Of a stretch of DNA of 64,000 nt, positions 1-10,438 are shown piece by piece. A program made the position numbers and the translations under genes. The notes under the pieces were generated by a model. The model had not been told where the DNA came from. It did no database searches and was given only the letters and a program-made list of their open reading frames with translations. The DNA comes from an uncultured Oscillospiraceae bacterium (lineage in GTDB: Bacteria > Bacillota > Clostridia > Oscillospirales > Oscillospiraceae): positions 3,938-67,937 of the forward strand of contig CAYVWG010000001.1 of NCBI GenBank assembly GCA_964455425.1. The letters run 5' to 3'. Each line of letters begins with the position of its first letter. Positions within the stretch are counted from its first letter, which is position 1.

Positions 1-1246
1 CCTGGCTGATACCGAGACTGACGCAACCATTGCCGCCGTGCACAGCTATGTGGCCAAACAAACTCCCTCCAAGCAAAATGAGTATACCGGCTTGTTCAAG
101 GGGAAAAATCTGATCTTTATTTCTGCAGAGGCCCTGAGCCTTTATGTCATCGACAAGGATCTTACCCCCACCCTGTACCGTCTGGCCAACAGCGGCATTC
201 AATTTACCGATTACTACCAGCCTGCCTGGGGTGGAAGCACCTCCACCGGGGAGTACTCCAACTTAGTGGGTCTGGCTCCCACAGATGGCGTAAACAGCAT
301 CCAAGACACCATTGGGCATAACATGTATCTAACCATCGGAAACCAGCTTATGCGGCTTGGCTATCATTCCATAGCCTATCACAATAACTCCTATACCTAT
401 TACGACCGGGACAAAACCCACACCAATCTGGGTTATGAACAATTTATCGGTATGGGAAACGGCATGGAAGAGGGCGTCACCCAGTGCTGGCCGGAAAGCG
501 ATGTGGAGATGATCGACTTTACCCTGCCTCAGTATATCGACCAGCAGCCGTTTAACATCTATTACATGTCGGTCAGCGGCCATGGAAATTACTCCCGCAC
601 CGGCAACACAATGTCCAACAAAAACTACGATGCCGTGGCAGACCTGCCTTACTCTGAAGCGGTAAAAGCCTATCTTGCCGCCCAGTTGGAGTTGGAATAC
701 GCCCTGGAGCATTTGGTTGCCGGGCTGGAGGAGGCGGGGATCGCCGACGACACCGTCATTGTCATTAGCCCGGATCACTATCCTTACAGCTTGGATGAAA
801 GCGCCGCCTGGGGCACGGACGAGGACTATCTTTCCGAGCTTTACGGCACCAAGGTGGATGACTGCTTTACCCGGGACAAGACCTGCCTGATCATCTGGAG
901 CGGCTGCATTGAGGATATGCATCTGAAAATCGACACGCCGGTGTATAGCCTGGATATTTTGCCTACCTTGTCCAATCTTTTTGGTGTGGAATATGACTCC
1001 CGTTTGCTGGTAGGCCGGGATGTATTCTCCACCGCCTCTCCCCTGGTGTTCTGGTTAAACTACAGTTGGATAACCGACAAAGGCACATATGATTCCTCTA
1101 CCGGTACCTTTACCCCCGCTGTCGGTGAAGAAGCCGTCAGTGAGGACTATATCAGCACCATTTCCACCATTGTGAAAAACCGCATCAACTTTTCCCGATC
1201 TGTGCTGAACACAGACTATTATAATGTACTTTTCTCGGACGAATGA
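1..1246 (+). CDS. LTA-synthase / sulfatase-family (alkaline phosphatase superfamily) protein, 5-prime end truncated by the window edge
   Basis: The frame is open from nt 2; the ORF-track start at 38 is an internal GTG. The product resembles the extracellular LtaS/phosphoglycerol-transferase sulfatase domain (GHGNY, ISPDHYPY). Stop at 1244-1246 is followed by a terminator hairpin. Confidence 0.7.
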   Translation, partial: LADTETDATIAAVHSYVAKQTPSKQNEYTGLFKGKNLIFISAEALSLYVIDKDLTPTLYRLANSGIQFTDYYQPAWGGSTSTGEYSNLVGLAPTDGVNSIQDTIGHNMYLTIGNQLMRLGYHSIAYHNNSYTYYDRDKTHTNLGYEQFIGMGNGMEEGVTQCWPESDVEMIDFTLPQYIDQQPFNIYYMSVSGHGNYSRTGNTMSNKNYDAVADLPYSEAVKAYLAAQLELEYALEHLVAGLEEAGIADDTVIVISPDHYPYSLDESAAWGTDEDYLSELYGTKVDDCFTRDKTCLIIWSGCIEDMHLKIDTPVYSLDILPTLSNLFGVEYDSRLLVGRDVFSTASPLVFWLNYSWITDKGTYDSSTGTFTPAVGEEAVSEDYISTISTIVKNRINFSRSVLNTDYYNVLFSDE

Positions 1247-1252
1247 TATCTG

Positions 1253-1304
1253 AAAAAAACATCCTGGCGTTCGGTGCTGATGTACCAACGCCAGGATGTT
1301 TTTT
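1253..1304. terminator. Bidirectional intrinsic terminator between the convergent LtaS-like gene and uvrA
   Basis: A7 run, 12-14 bp stem (catcctggcgtt / aacgccaggatg), then T6. It works on both strands. Confidence 0.75.
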
Positions 1305-1328
1305 ATAAGACTAAAGTTCTGACCCATG

Positions 1329-4154
1329 TTATGGCAGCACTCTGCGCAAATACTGGCCGGTAAAGCTGCCTTCCACCCGGATCAATTCTTCCGGCGTGCC
1401 AAAGGCAACAATCTTGCCGCCGCCATCGCCACCCTCCGGGCCAAGGTCAATAATATGATCGGCAACCTTGATCACGTCCAAATTGTGCTCAATCACCAGC
1501 ACGGTGTTTCCCTTGTCCACCAACTTTTGCAGAACATCGATCAGCCGCCGGACGTCTTCCATGTGCAGACCGGTGGTCGGCTCGTCCAAAATATACATGG
1601 TTTTATCCGTAGACTGCCGTGAAAGCTCCGTTGCTAGCTTTACTCGCTGCGCCTCGCCGCCGGACAGGGTGGTAGAGGATTGCCCCAGCTTGACATAGCC
1701 CAAGCCCACATCAACCAAGGTCTGTATTCTGCTACGGATGCGGCTTTGGTTTTCAAAAAATTCCAACGCCTCATCTGCCGTCATGTCCAGCACCTGGGAA
1801 ATATTCTTTCCCTTAAACTGTACCTCCAGTGTTTCCCGGTTGTAACGGCTTCCACAGCAAACCTCGCAGGGTACATACACATCAGGTAAGAAGTGCATTT
1901 CGATTTTTACTAAGCCGTCTCCACCACATGCCTCGCAACGACCACCCTTGATGTTAAAAGAGAATCTGCCCGGACCATAGCCCCGCAGCTTTGCCTCGGC
2001 GGTAGAAGCAAACAGATCCCGAATATCTCCAAACAGGCCAGTATAGGTTGCCGGATTGGAACGGGGTGTGCGCCCAATGGGGCTTTGGTCAATGCAAATC
2101 ACCTTATCCAAATGTTCTATGCCAGAAAAATGGTGGTGCTTTCCTGGCCGCACTTTTGCCCGGTTCAGCGCGCCCGCCAGCTTTTTTTGGATAATTTCAT
2201 TGACCAAAGAGGACTTGCCGCTGCCGGACACACCGGTAACACAGGTAAAAGTTCCCAAGGGAATGGACACATCTATATTCTGCAAATTGTTTTCCTGGCA
2301 CCCAAAAACAGACAATACTTTGCCATTTCCCTTGCGTCGGCTTGCCGGCACATCGATCTTTCTCTTGCCGGACAGATACTGGCCGGTGATGCTCCTTGGC
2401 TGAGCCATAATATCTTCTACAGAGCCTGCCGCTACGATCTCCCCCCCATGGATGCCTGCGCCGGGGCCAACATCCACAAGATAATCTGCCGCGCGCATGG
2501 TGTCCTCATCATGCTCCACCACTATGAGCGTGTTGCCCAAATCTCGCAAATGCTTTAGGGTACCCAGCAGTTTGTCATTGTCTCGTTGATGCAGCCCAAT
2601 GGACGGCTCATCGAGGATATACAAAACACCCATAAGACTGGAACCGATTTGGGTTGCCAGACGGATCCGCTGGCTCTCGCCGCCAGACAAAGTGGCCGCC
2701 GAGCGGGACAGGGTCAAATATTGCAGGCCCACGCTTTGCAGAAACTGCAAGCGGGAACGGATCTCCCGAAGAATTTGCTCCGCCACAGAGGCCATATTTC
2801 CTGTAAGCTTTAGCTGTTCTAGAAAAGCCAGCTCCTTGCTGATGGGCAGCTTGCAAAAATCCATGATCCGCATACCGCCAACGGTGACTGCCCGGGAAAT
2901 CTCCGACAGGCGGTCGCCGCCGCAGGCGGGACAGGGTTTGGTAGACATACACGACTCCAAATCCTTGCGTACAGCGTCGGACTGGGTTTCCCGATAACGC
3001 CGCTCCAGGTTGGGTACAATGCCTTCAAACGCCTGTTCCAGCGTCCCCCGGCCATTTCCCCGGTCGTAAAACAGCTTGAGCTTTTCCCCTTTGGTACCAT
3101 ACAGCACCACCTCCAGGGCTTTTTTCGGAAGCTTTTTCACCGGCACATCCAAGCTGAAGGTGTACCGTCTGGCCAGAGCCTCAAAGTACATTAAGGCTAC
3201 AGAGTCCGTCCGTAGGCTACCCCAGCCGGTGGCCTGAATGGCCCCATCCATAATGGATTTATCCGGATCGGTAATGATCAACTCCGGGTCAACCACCAGC
3301 TGATAGCCCAGACCTGTGCAGGTGGGGCAAGCGCCATAGGGATTATTAAAGGAAAACATCCGGGGAGACAGTTCTGGCAGGGACACGCCACATTCTTCAC
3401 AGGCATAGTTTTGGGAAAGGATCATCTCCTCTCCGGTATCTACCTGCTGGACAATCACCAGACCGTTGCTTTGGGCACAGGCTGTCTCCACTGAGTCTGT
3501 CAGGCGGCGAGTGATCTCTCCCCGGCGGATCAAACGGTCAACCACCAATTCTATGTTATGCCGCTTGTTCTTTTCCAGGTGGATTTCTTCCGTCAAATCA
3601 TAAATATTGCCGTCGATGCGGATCCGGGTGAAGCCGCTTTTTCTGGCGCTGTCCAGCACCTTGACGTGCTCACCCTTCTTTCCTCGGACCACCGGGGCCA
3701 GCAGCTGAAATCGAGTGCCCTCCGGCAAGGCCAGGATCTTGTCCACAATTTGGTCAATGGTCTGCCGCTGGATCTCTTTGCCGCACTTGGGGCAATGGGG
3801 TATTCCCACTCTGGCCCAAAGCAGCCGGAGATAGTCATAAATTTCCGTAACGGTTCCCACTGTGGAGCGCGGATTTTTGGAGGTGGTTTTCTGGTCGATG
3901 GAAATGGCCGGAGACAGGCCGTCGATGCTGTCTACATCCGGCTTTTCCATCTGCCCCAAAAACATCCGGGCATAGCTGGAAAGAGATTCCACATACCGCC
4001 GCTGCCCCTCGGCATAGATGGTGTCAAAGGCCAGGGAGGATTTTCCCGAACCGGAAACCCCAGTAAACACCACCAGCTTATCCCGGGGAATCTGCAGGTT
4101 TACATTTTTTAGGTTGTTCTCCCGCGCGCCCTGGATGGTCAGTGTGTTTTTCAT
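1329..4154 (-). CDS. uvrA: Excinuclease ABC subunit A
   Basis: Full-length UvrA signature: two ABC ATPase modules ([10 protein letters not shown] twice, LSGGE twice) and zinc-finger Cys clusters. Start moved to the internal ATG at 4154 ([17 protein letters not shown]), which follows GGAGG. The 24 extra N-terminal residues in the ORF track look non-native. Confidence 0.97.
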   Translation of the reverse strand: MKNTLTIQGARENNLKNVNLQIPRDKLVVFTGVSGSGKSSLAFDTIYAEGQRRYVESLSSYARMFLGQMEKPDVDSIDGLSPAISIDQKTTSKNPRSTVGTVTEIYDYLRLLWARVGIPHCPKCGKEIQRQTIDQIVDKILALPEGTRFQLLAPVVRGKKGEHVKVLDSARKSGFTRIRIDGNIYDLTEEIHLEKNKRHNIELVVDRLIRRGEITRRLTDSVETACAQSNGLVIVQQVDTGEEMILSQNYACEECGVSLPELSPRMFSFNNPYGACPTCTGLGYQLVVDPELIITDPDKSIMDGAIQATGWGSLRTDSVALMYFEALARRYTFSLDVPVKKLPKKALEVVLYGTKGEKLKLFYDRGNGRGTLEQAFEGIVPNLERRYRETQSDAVRKDLESCMSTKPCPACGGDRLSEISRAVTVGGMRIMDFCKLPISKELAFLEQLKLTGNMASVAEQILREIRSRLQFLQSVGLQYLTLSRSAATLSGGESQRIRLATQIGSSLMGVLYILDEPSIGLHQRDNDKLLGTLKHLRDLGNTLIVVEHDEDTMRAADYLVDVGPGAGIHGGEIVAAGSVEDIMAQPRSITGQYLSGKRKIDVPASRRKGNGKVLSVFGCQENNLQNIDVSIPLGTFTCVTGVSGSGKSSLVNEIIQKKLAGALNRAKVRPGKHHHFSGIEHLDKVICIDQSPIGRTPRSNPATYTGLFGDIRDLFASTAEAKLRGYGPGRFSFNIKGGRCEACGGDGLVKIEMHFLPDVYVPCEVCCGSRYNRETLEVQFKGKNISQVLDMTADEALEFFENQSRIRSRIQTLVDVGLGYVKLGQSSTTLSGGEAQRVKLATELSRQSTDKTMYILDEPTTGLHMEDVRRLIDVLQKLVDKGNTVLVIEHNLDVIKVADHIIDLGPEGGDGGGKIVAFGTPEELIRVEGSFTGQYLRRVLP

Positions 4155-4281
4155 TGGTAGCCTCCTACAAAAAAAGACAACAAAAGATAACAGGGAACTT
4201 GAACCGCAGCCGCAGGCCGTAACCATGCACGCTGGAATCCTCCGTCCTCTGTTATCTTTAGGCGCCGCAATGCGGCAAATC

Positions 4282-4373
4282 TGGCGGAGTGGGCGGGATT
4301 CGAACCCGCGTGCCGCTCATCACGGCAACACGATTTCCAGTCGTGCTCGTTATGACCTCTTCGATACCACTCC
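4282..4373 (-). tRNA. tRNA-Ser, anticodon GGA, type II with long variable arm, encoded CCA
   Basis: The reverse complement reads GGAGTGG..CACGA-CT-GGA-AA-TCGTG..long variable stem (TTGCCGTGATGAGCGGCA)..GCGGGTTCGAATCCCGC-CCACTCC-G-CCA. The cloverleaf was folded by hand: 7-bp acceptor stem and a canonical T-loop (GTTCGAATC). Confidence 0.9.
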
Positions 4374-4413
4374 ATAGGCTTTGCTGACCGGCACTTCGCC
4401 AATCAGCTTGGCT

Positions 4414-4442
4414 ATTATATCCCTTGATCGTCCTATTGTCAA
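4414..4442 (-). promoter_or_regulatory. Consensus sigma-A promoter for tRNA-Ser
   Basis: On the minus strand: TTGACA, a 17-nt spacer, TATAAT, about 40 nt upstream of the mature tRNA 5-prime end. Confidence 0.65.
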
Positions 4443-4573
4443 GGGTAAAACTGAAATTTTTTGCCTTTTCCCCAAAATCCGGTCAAGCCTCCCTCACGCA
4501 AAAGGTCTCTCTGCGTTTGGGAGGCTTGATTCTTCCCACATGATGGAAAAATGAAGCCTATGCTCCTATCGGC

Positions 4574-5116
4574 TTAAAGCTCCAAATAATGGGCGCGGCT
4601 GCCGCCAATGTACTTTGGCCGCGTTCTGGCACAGAGGATATGGGCCTGGCCGATGCTTTGCAAGCTCAGCCGCACAGGCACGGCCACCCGCTTTAGGTGC
4701 ATACCGACCAGCGTGCCGCCAATGTCCAATCCCGCGTCCGCCTGAATGGTTTCCACCACAACCGGATCCTTCATAGCCTGATATACCGTTGTGGCAAAGG
4801 CTCCGCCTGCGTGGGCATGGGGTACCGCGTTGACCACCTCATAGCCAAAGCGCAGGGCGTCCGCCCGCTCCATCACCAGGGCGCGGTTAAGATGCTCACA
4901 GCATTGTGCCGCCAAGGAGATTTGTTTTTCCGCCAGCACAGGGGCAATCCCCTGCCAAACGGCTTGGGCTGCCTCCATACTGCCGCCCTTACCGATGCAG
5001 CGGCCCAAAATCTCGCTGGAGGAACAGCCGATAACCAACAGTTGTCCCGGCTGCAGCTTGGCCGCATCGATCAGTTCCCCCACGGCCGTATAAGCGGCAG
5101 TTTTAATTTTGTCCAT
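4574..5116 (-). CDS. TIGR01440 / DUF436 (UPF0340, YwlG-like) family protein
   Basis: 180-aa product with the conserved pattern QLLVIGCSSSEI...CCEHLNRALV...DAGLDIGGTLVGMHL typical of this family (recollection). Confidence 0.8.
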   Translation of the reverse strand: MDKIKTAAYTAVGELIDAAKLQPGQLLVIGCSSSEILGRCIGKGGSMEAAQAVWQGIAPVLAEKQISLAAQCCEHLNRALVMERADALRFGYEVVNAVPHAHAGGAFATTVYQAMKDPVVVETIQADAGLDIGGTLVGMHLKRVAVPVRLSLQSIGQAHILCARTRPKYIGGSRAHYLEL

Positions 5117-5143
5117 GGTTATTCCTTCTTTCCTTCTGCCGGA

Positions 5144-6139
5144 TTACCAGCTTGCCTCTTCGATTTCTTGGCCTTTCTCCCGCCGCATAAGGCCCGCCAC
5201 AGCGTCTTGCACAGACTTGCCGTGATACAACAGACTGTACGCCTCCTGGGTAATGGGCATTTCCACGCCGGCGCGGTCTGCCAGTTCCTTGACCGATTTT
5301 GCCGCGTAGTAGCCTTCAACCACCGCGCCTACCTCTTTCATAGCCTGCTCGGGCGTTTTGCCCTGGCCGATCAGGATCCCCGCCCGGCGGTTACGGGAAT
5401 GCATGGATGTACAAGTGACGATCAAATCCCCCACCCCGGCCAAGCCGGCAAAGGTATCCCGCCGCGAGCCAAGCGCGATGCCCAGTCTGGCCAACTCCGC
5501 CAGGCCTCTGGTCATCAGCAGGGCCTTGGTGTTGTCGCCATAGCCGTAGCCATCCAGTATGCCGGCGCAAAGGGCAAACACATTTTTCATGGCAGCGCCA
5601 AGCTCCACGCCTACCGGGTCTGTGGATGTGTATACCCGGAAATTCTCGTTCATAAACGCATCCTGCACAGCCAAGGCCAGCGCCTTTTCTGTGCTGGCAG
5701 CCACAACGCCAGTGGGAATCCCCCGGCTGACCTCCTCTGCGTGAGAAGGGCCAGATAACGCAACAACCGTCTTACCCGTCACCTGGGCAACCACCTGGGA
5801 CATCCGCATACCAGTGTCCTTTTCGATGCCCTTGGTCACCGAAACCAAAACCGTCTTTGGAGAAAGATAGGGGGCAAAGCCCTGCGCGGTGGATCGAATG
5901 GCAAATGACGGCGGCGCTACCACCACCATATCCTTGCCGGCCACACAGGCAGGCTCCCAGGTATAGTGCATATCCTCCGGCAAAACTACGCCCCGCAGGA
6001 AGGGATTTTCCCGGGTCTGCCGCAAATGGTCACTTTCCTCCTTGCTGTAGGAACATAGGGTGATTTGGTGCTTGTTTTTGTATAAAAGCGTGGCCAGAGC
6101 CGTACCCCAGCCGCCGCTGCCAACAACCGCAATATTCAT
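5144..6139 (-). CDS. gpsA: NAD(P)H-dependent glycerol-3-phosphate dehydrogenase
   Basis: N-terminal Rossmann motif MNIAVVGSGGWGTALA, plus LSGPSHAEEV and NVFALCAGILDG motifs; length 331 aa. Confidence 0.95.
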   Translation of the reverse strand: MNIAVVGSGGWGTALATLLYKNKHQITLCSYSKEESDHLRQTRENPFLRGVVLPEDMHYTWEPACVAGKDMVVVAPPSFAIRSTAQGFAPYLSPKTVLVSVTKGIEKDTGMRMSQVVAQVTGKTVVALSGPSHAEEVSRGIPTGVVAASTEKALALAVQDAFMNENFRVYTSTDPVGVELGAAMKNVFALCAGILDGYGYGDNTKALLMTRGLAELARLGIALGSRRDTFAGLAGVGDLIVTCTSMHSRNRRAGILIGQGKTPEQAMKEVGAVVEGYYAAKSVKELADRAGVEMPITQEAYSLLYHGKSVQDAVAGLMRREKGQEIEEASW

Positions 6140-6193
6140 CTTGTCACCTCATTGGTAGATTCTCCCCGCTTTACCGGAGATATTGCCGCCAAT

Positions 6194-6221
6194 ATTTTAT
6201 CATGGGAAAAAAGAATGTCAA
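6194..6221 (-). promoter_or_regulatory. Putative sigma-A promoter with extended -10, upstream of gpsA
   Basis: On the minus strand: TTGACA, a 16-nt spacer, TGaTAAAAT. Confidence 0.5.
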
Positions 6222-6269
6222 GCCTTGGCAAAAAAATGGCGGAAAAAGAGAAAACGCCTTTTGGTGGTA

Positions 6270-6300
6270 AAAAGCAGCGCGCCGCAAATAGGCGCGCTGC
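6270..6300 (-). terminator. Intrinsic terminator after the small acidic protein gene
   Basis: On the minus strand: GCAGCGCGCC-loop-GGCGCGCTGC followed by a T-run. Confidence 0.65.
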
Positions 6301-6315
6301 CGGGGGCTTAGGCGA

Positions 6316-6714
6316 TTATTCCTCGGTAGAGTCCTCTTCGGCCGCGGAAGCCTCTTCGGCAGGCTCCTCCGCTTCCACAAAATCGGCCTCTACAACTTCC
6401 TCTTCCGCGCAGTCAGGATTAGCCGCCTTGGCGGCCTCAATAATCTCCTTTTGCGCGGCGACCGCCTGCAAAGACGAAGAGATCTTGTCGCACAGGGGCA
6501 TGTATTCCGCCTCATCCGGCTCTTCTTCGGTAACATAGTCCCGGTAATACAGCTTGCCAAGCTCTGTATACGCCTTGCGCTGTTTGTCCTGCTCCGCGCG
6601 GATGGCCAGATTGGCTTTGGCGATAACCGTCAATTCCTTTGCCTTCCGAGCCGCAGTCTGGGCCGCGTCTGCCGCCATGTTCTTTATGTTTTCAAAGCTT
6701 TCATTCAATGCCAT
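6316..6714 (-). CDS. Hypothetical small protein: N-terminal coiled coil, strongly acidic C-terminus
   Basis: 132-aa ORF with its own terminator. Coding-like composition; no family recognised. Confidence 0.6.
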   Translation of the reverse strand: MALNESFENIKNMAADAAQTAARKAKELTVIAKANLAIRAEQDKQRKAYTELGKLYYRDYVTEEEPDEAEYMPLCDKISSSLQAVAAQKEIIEAAKAANPDCAEEEVVEADFVEAEEPAEEASAAEEDSTEE

Positions 6715-6806
6715 GATGTTCGTCTCCTTCCTTCCCGTGTCCTACGGAAATGTATCTATATCATACCACACAATGCGCAAAAAATATAGGTATTTAAGGA
6801 TAAAAT

Positions 6807-7640
6807 TTACAGATTATTCACTATATGCCTCTTTTGCTTACGGCCCAGATAGAGCAGCAGCCCAACGGCTGCCAGACAGCTGAGGCCGGCTAAGCACTGG
6901 CTGACCCGGAGGCCCGTGCCAAAGAGGTACAAAGAGTCTGTGCGCAGCCCCTCGATCCAAAAGCGGCCAAAACCGTACCAGGCTACATAGGCCAGAAAGA
7001 CCTGGCCATCATATTTCCGCTTCTTAGACAGCCGATGCAAAAGAAAAAATCCCAGAAGGTTCCAAAGGGACTCGTACAAAAAGGTCGGGTGATAGTATGT
7101 GGTAACGCCGTTTTGGGTCAAGCCCATGCGGAGAAAGAAATTGCCGGTAATTTCCTCTCCAAACGCCTCCCGGTTAAAAAAGTTGCCCCAACGGCCCAGG
7201 CATTGGCCGATCAGCAGGCCCAGGGCGGCAATGTCCAGCATGGGCATCAGCTTTCGATGGTGGAGCTTGGCGCACAGCCAAAGCCCCAGCACTGCCCCCA
7301 ATATCCCGCCATAGATGGCCAGGCCACCCTGCCAGATGTACAGGACGGAAATAGGATCGTCCCGGTATGCCGCCCAATTGAACACCACATAGTAGGCCCG
7401 CGCCCCAAGAATCGCCGCCGGGACGGCATACAAAATACCATCGGTCACCTGCTCACTGGTCAGGCCAAAGTCCTTGGCCCGGTGAAAGCCGTACAACCCC
7501 GCCAGAAGAAAGGCTATGGCGATGATCAGGCCATAATAGTAAATCTGTTTGCCAAAAACTGCGATGGGCAGCGTCTGGGGCAGGTCTAACGCCTTGATCC
7601 CCAGGCCGGGAAAGGATATGGTGGCTGCCAAACAAATCAT
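6807..7640 (-). CDS. lgt: Prolipoprotein diacylglyceryl transferase
   Basis: Polytopic membrane protein with Lgt motifs (YGLIIAIAF, GRWGNFFNREAFG, HPTFLYESLWN). Start set at the ATG at 7640, which overlaps the upstream stop as ATGA. Confidence 0.93.
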   Translation of the reverse strand: MICLAATISFPGLGIKALDLPQTLPIAVFGKQIYYYGLIIAIAFLLAGLYGFHRAKDFGLTSEQVTDGILYAVPAAILGARAYYVVFNWAAYRDDPISVLYIWQGGLAIYGGILGAVLGLWLCAKLHHRKLMPMLDIAALGLLIGQCLGRWGNFFNREAFGEEITGNFFLRMGLTQNGVTTYYHPTFLYESLWNLLGFFLLHRLSKKRKYDGQVFLAYVAWYGFGRFWIEGLRTDSLYLFGTGLRVSQCLAGLSCLAAVGLLLYLGRKQKRHIVNNL

Positions 7641-8914
7641 AACGCGCCTCCTTCCTTGCGGGGAACGATCACAGACAAAACCGAACGCTCCGGCACAATA
7701 CACGCCAGCACCTTCTGGACTGCTTCCGGTGTAACGGCCTCATAGGCCTGGGGAAAAGCAAAATATTCAATGCCGTCAAAGTAGTCGCTGGCTATGTGGC
7801 TGCAAATATCGTGAAAGTCATCCAAATCCCGAAGGCGGCGGCCCAAGTCGGATTTTTTCAGCCGCTGGAAATCCTCCTGGGGAAATTCCTCCCGGCACAT
7901 TTGACGGGCCTGGGTCAAAATGGCCTCCCGCACCGCTGCCGGATCCCGGCTTTCGCCGCCGAAAAACAGCACCGCCTTCCCGCGGATCACATCCTGCCCA
8001 CAGGAAAAGTCCGCGTTGATCAGGCCCTGGTCGTACAGCCGCTGATACAAGGCAGAGGACTCGCCGGCCAGCAGCTCCACAGCAATGTCCCCTGCCAAGG
8101 GGGACACAGCGTCTTTCGGGCGCTGATCGTCACAGCGAACGCCCAGCACAAAGGTAGGCATAGATACATCCATCTCTTCTTGCACCTGGTGCGTGGCACA
8201 GCACACCGGATCGTCCGGGCCATAATCGGTCACAGCCTTAGAAAGCTTGCCGCTGGGGATGTTTTCTTGGGCCAGAGCAATCACGTGTTGGGGATCTATG
8301 TTGCCCGCCACACACAAGATGGCGTTATCTGGCCGGTAGTACGCCTTGTGGCACAAATCCAGGGTTTGGGCAGTAATATCCTCAATGCTGGCAACGGATC
8401 CGGCTATGGGCACGCGCAGGGGATGATGAGAAAACAAAGCGGCAAAGAGAAGCTCAAACACCCGGGCATCGGCGCTGTCCTCGTACATTTTGATTTCCTG
8501 CGCAATGATCCCCCGCTCTTTTTCCACGCTTTCCTGGGTAAACCAGGGGGTAAACACCATGTTTACCAGCAAGGCAATGTTTTCTTCAAAATTCTCTGTG
8601 GCTTCAAAATAGTAAACCGTTTTATCGTAGCTTGTACCGGCATTACAGCTGGCTCCCTGGGCGGAAAACGCCAGCGCAGCATCCCCTTGGGGCATGTCAA
8701 ACATCTTGTGCTCCAGGTAGTGGGTCACGCCATCCGGCGTGCGGTAGGCTTGTCCATTTAGGGCAAAAGTGGTATCCACCGAGCCGTAATTTACCGCCAC
8801 CAATGCATGAAGCTTGGCAAATTCCGGCTTCTCCACCACGCGGATCACCAGCCCGTTGGGCAGCGTGTGCTCCACATAGCTCTCCCCTACCTGGGGAAAT
8901 TCTTTTCGCTTCAT
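7637..8914 (-). CDS. M16 (pitrilysin/insulinase) family zinc peptidase, catalytic-type subunit
   Basis: An HxxEH zinc motif is present (HYLEHKMF). Product is 425 aa. ATGA overlaps at both ends. Confidence 0.9.
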   Translation of the reverse strand: MKRKEFPQVGESYVEHTLPNGLVIRVVEKPEFAKLHALVAVNYGSVDTTFALNGQAYRTPDGVTHYLEHKMFDMPQGDAALAFSAQGASCNAGTSYDKTVYYFEATENFEENIALLVNMVFTPWFTQESVEKERGIIAQEIKMYEDSADARVFELLFAALFSHHPLRVPIAGSVASIEDITAQTLDLCHKAYYRPDNAILCVAGNIDPQHVIALAQENIPSGKLSKAVTDYGPDDPVCCATHQVQEEMDVSMPTFVLGVRCDDQRPKDAVSPLAGDIAVELLAGESSALYQRLYDQGLINADFSCGQDVIRGKAVLFFGGESRDPAAVREAILTQARQMCREEFPQEDFQRLKKSDLGRRLRDLDDFHDICSHIASDYFDGIEYFAFPQAYEAVTPEAVQKVLACIVPERSVLSVIVPRKEGGAL

Positions 8915-10167
8915 TTTGCCGCCTCCCGCAAAAAATAGATGGTATCCGGCCGCACCGCCTGGGCAGCGTCGATCACCGCCGGCAGGTCTGTGGCCTCAAC
9001 TGCGGCCATCAGCGCCTCTATACCAAAATCCACCCCCAGCAAGGTTTGCCCGATATAAAAATCATCTTGCCTGGCCGGCTCGTCCAGTTCTACCCGCAAA
9101 GCCGACAAAAGCAGCTGCTTTGCCGCGGAAAGCTCCTCGGCGGAAATATGCCCTTGCCGGCATTCCTCCAGCTGGTGAAGCATCTCGTCTCTTGCCATGT
9201 CAAACTGCTGGGCGGAGATCCCGCTGGATACCAGAAATATTCCCTTATACCGCTCATAGGAAGAACCTGCGTAATAGCACAGCGACCGTTTTTCCCGCAC
9301 ATGCGTAAACAGCTTGCTGCGAAAGCCTACCCCGTAGATGGCATTGAGCACCATATAGGCCCCGAAGGTCTGAGGTGTTGTTCCAGGCTTGGCCCAAAAG
9401 CCCATGGCCAGCTTGGATTGGGAAAGAGGCATGGTCTCCACCGTGGTGCGAAGCTCGCGGCACGGCGGCTCCTTTTGCCCCAGCGCCGGAAGAGAAAAGC
9501 TTCCCTCCCTGGGCAGCGGCGACAGCATCCGCCGGAAGCTTTGAGCCACGGCCTGCTGTGGCTGACGACCAATATAAATGATCTCTATGGGGGACTGTGC
9601 CAACACCTTCCGATAATGGGCGTATAGTCCCTCAGGGGTCAGCTGGGCCAGAGTGTCCACGTCTCCCAGACGGAAAAGGCTGTAGTTTTCCCCGGCAAAC
9701 ATTTCCTCCGTCAGCCGGCGTATGGCGTAGCCCCGCTTATTATTTATAGTGCCGATAATGGCGTTGCGCAGATTTTCCTGTTCGCCGGCAAAGATTTCCG
9801 GCGAAAAGCCCCGCTCTGTCGTTAACGGATGAAGCAGGATCTCTCCCAGCAGCTCCACCACCGGCGCAAACACTGGCTCGTCCACCAACGCGTCTTCAAT
9901 AAAATCCACATAAAAACCGGTGGCCTGTACGTCTCCCTTTTTCCGTGTAAGAGCGCCAATGGCCGCGCCGTACAAATCATCGAGCCTATGGGAAATACTG
10001 CGGATGTTCGGATATTTTTCCGTGCCCCGCAAAAGCAAGCCGGTAAACAAAGCGTTGGCTGCGGCTTCCTCCCGGCACAGAGGGCGCAGAAAGTTAAAGC
10101 TAAAGCATCCGGTCTTAAACTTGTTGGTAGGAATATACCGAAGATACACCCCCGGCATCAGGGCCAT
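8911..10167 (-). CDS. M16 family peptidase-like protein without HxxEH (non-catalytic partner, YmfF-like)
   Basis: M16 fold pattern (TNKFKT..., two-domain length) with no HxxEH. The ORF track starts at a GTG at 10218; I prefer the ATG at 10167, preceded by GGAGGAT with a 5-nt spacer. Confidence 0.8.
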   Translation of the reverse strand: MALMPGVYLRYIPTNKFKTGCFSFNFLRPLCREEAAANALFTGLLLRGTEKYPNIRSISHRLDDLYGAAIGALTRKKGDVQATGFYVDFIEDALVDEPVFAPVVELLGEILLHPLTTERGFSPEIFAGEQENLRNAIIGTINNKRGYAIRRLTEEMFAGENYSLFRLGDVDTLAQLTPEGLYAHYRKVLAQSPIEIIYIGRQPQQAVAQSFRRMLSPLPREGSFSLPALGQKEPPCRELRTTVETMPLSQSKLAMGFWAKPGTTPQTFGAYMVLNAIYGVGFRSKLFTHVREKRSLCYYAGSSYERYKGIFLVSSGISAQQFDMARDEMLHQLEECRQGHISAEELSAAKQLLLSALRVELDEPARQDDFYIGQTLLGVDFGIEALMAAVEATDLPAVIDAAQAVRPDTIYFLREAAK

Positions 10168-10438
10168 GCGATCCTCCAAGAGCTTCACCATCCTTTTTTT
10201 CTTTTCCTGTAAGGACACAATACACGCGGCATTTTGATCAAGGCGCGTATCTCATCTCGATTTTAGGGGGAAAATTTCCCTGTCAAATGGCGATTTGGGC
10301 AAATTTTTCCACTGTCATCCTATTATACATCAATTTTTGAAAAATAAAAGTATAAATTCTACTTGTTATTATGGAAAAAATCTAGTAAACTATAGGCTGT
10401 AGCATTTTCATGCATATCCAAATGGAGGACTATGACAT

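Noticed and set aside
4282-4573. tRNA-Ser checked as a possible integration hotspot or island boundary
   Set aside because: No integrase, no direct repeat of the tRNA 3-prime end, and no compositional break is visible nearby. The neighbours are ordinary housekeeping genes.
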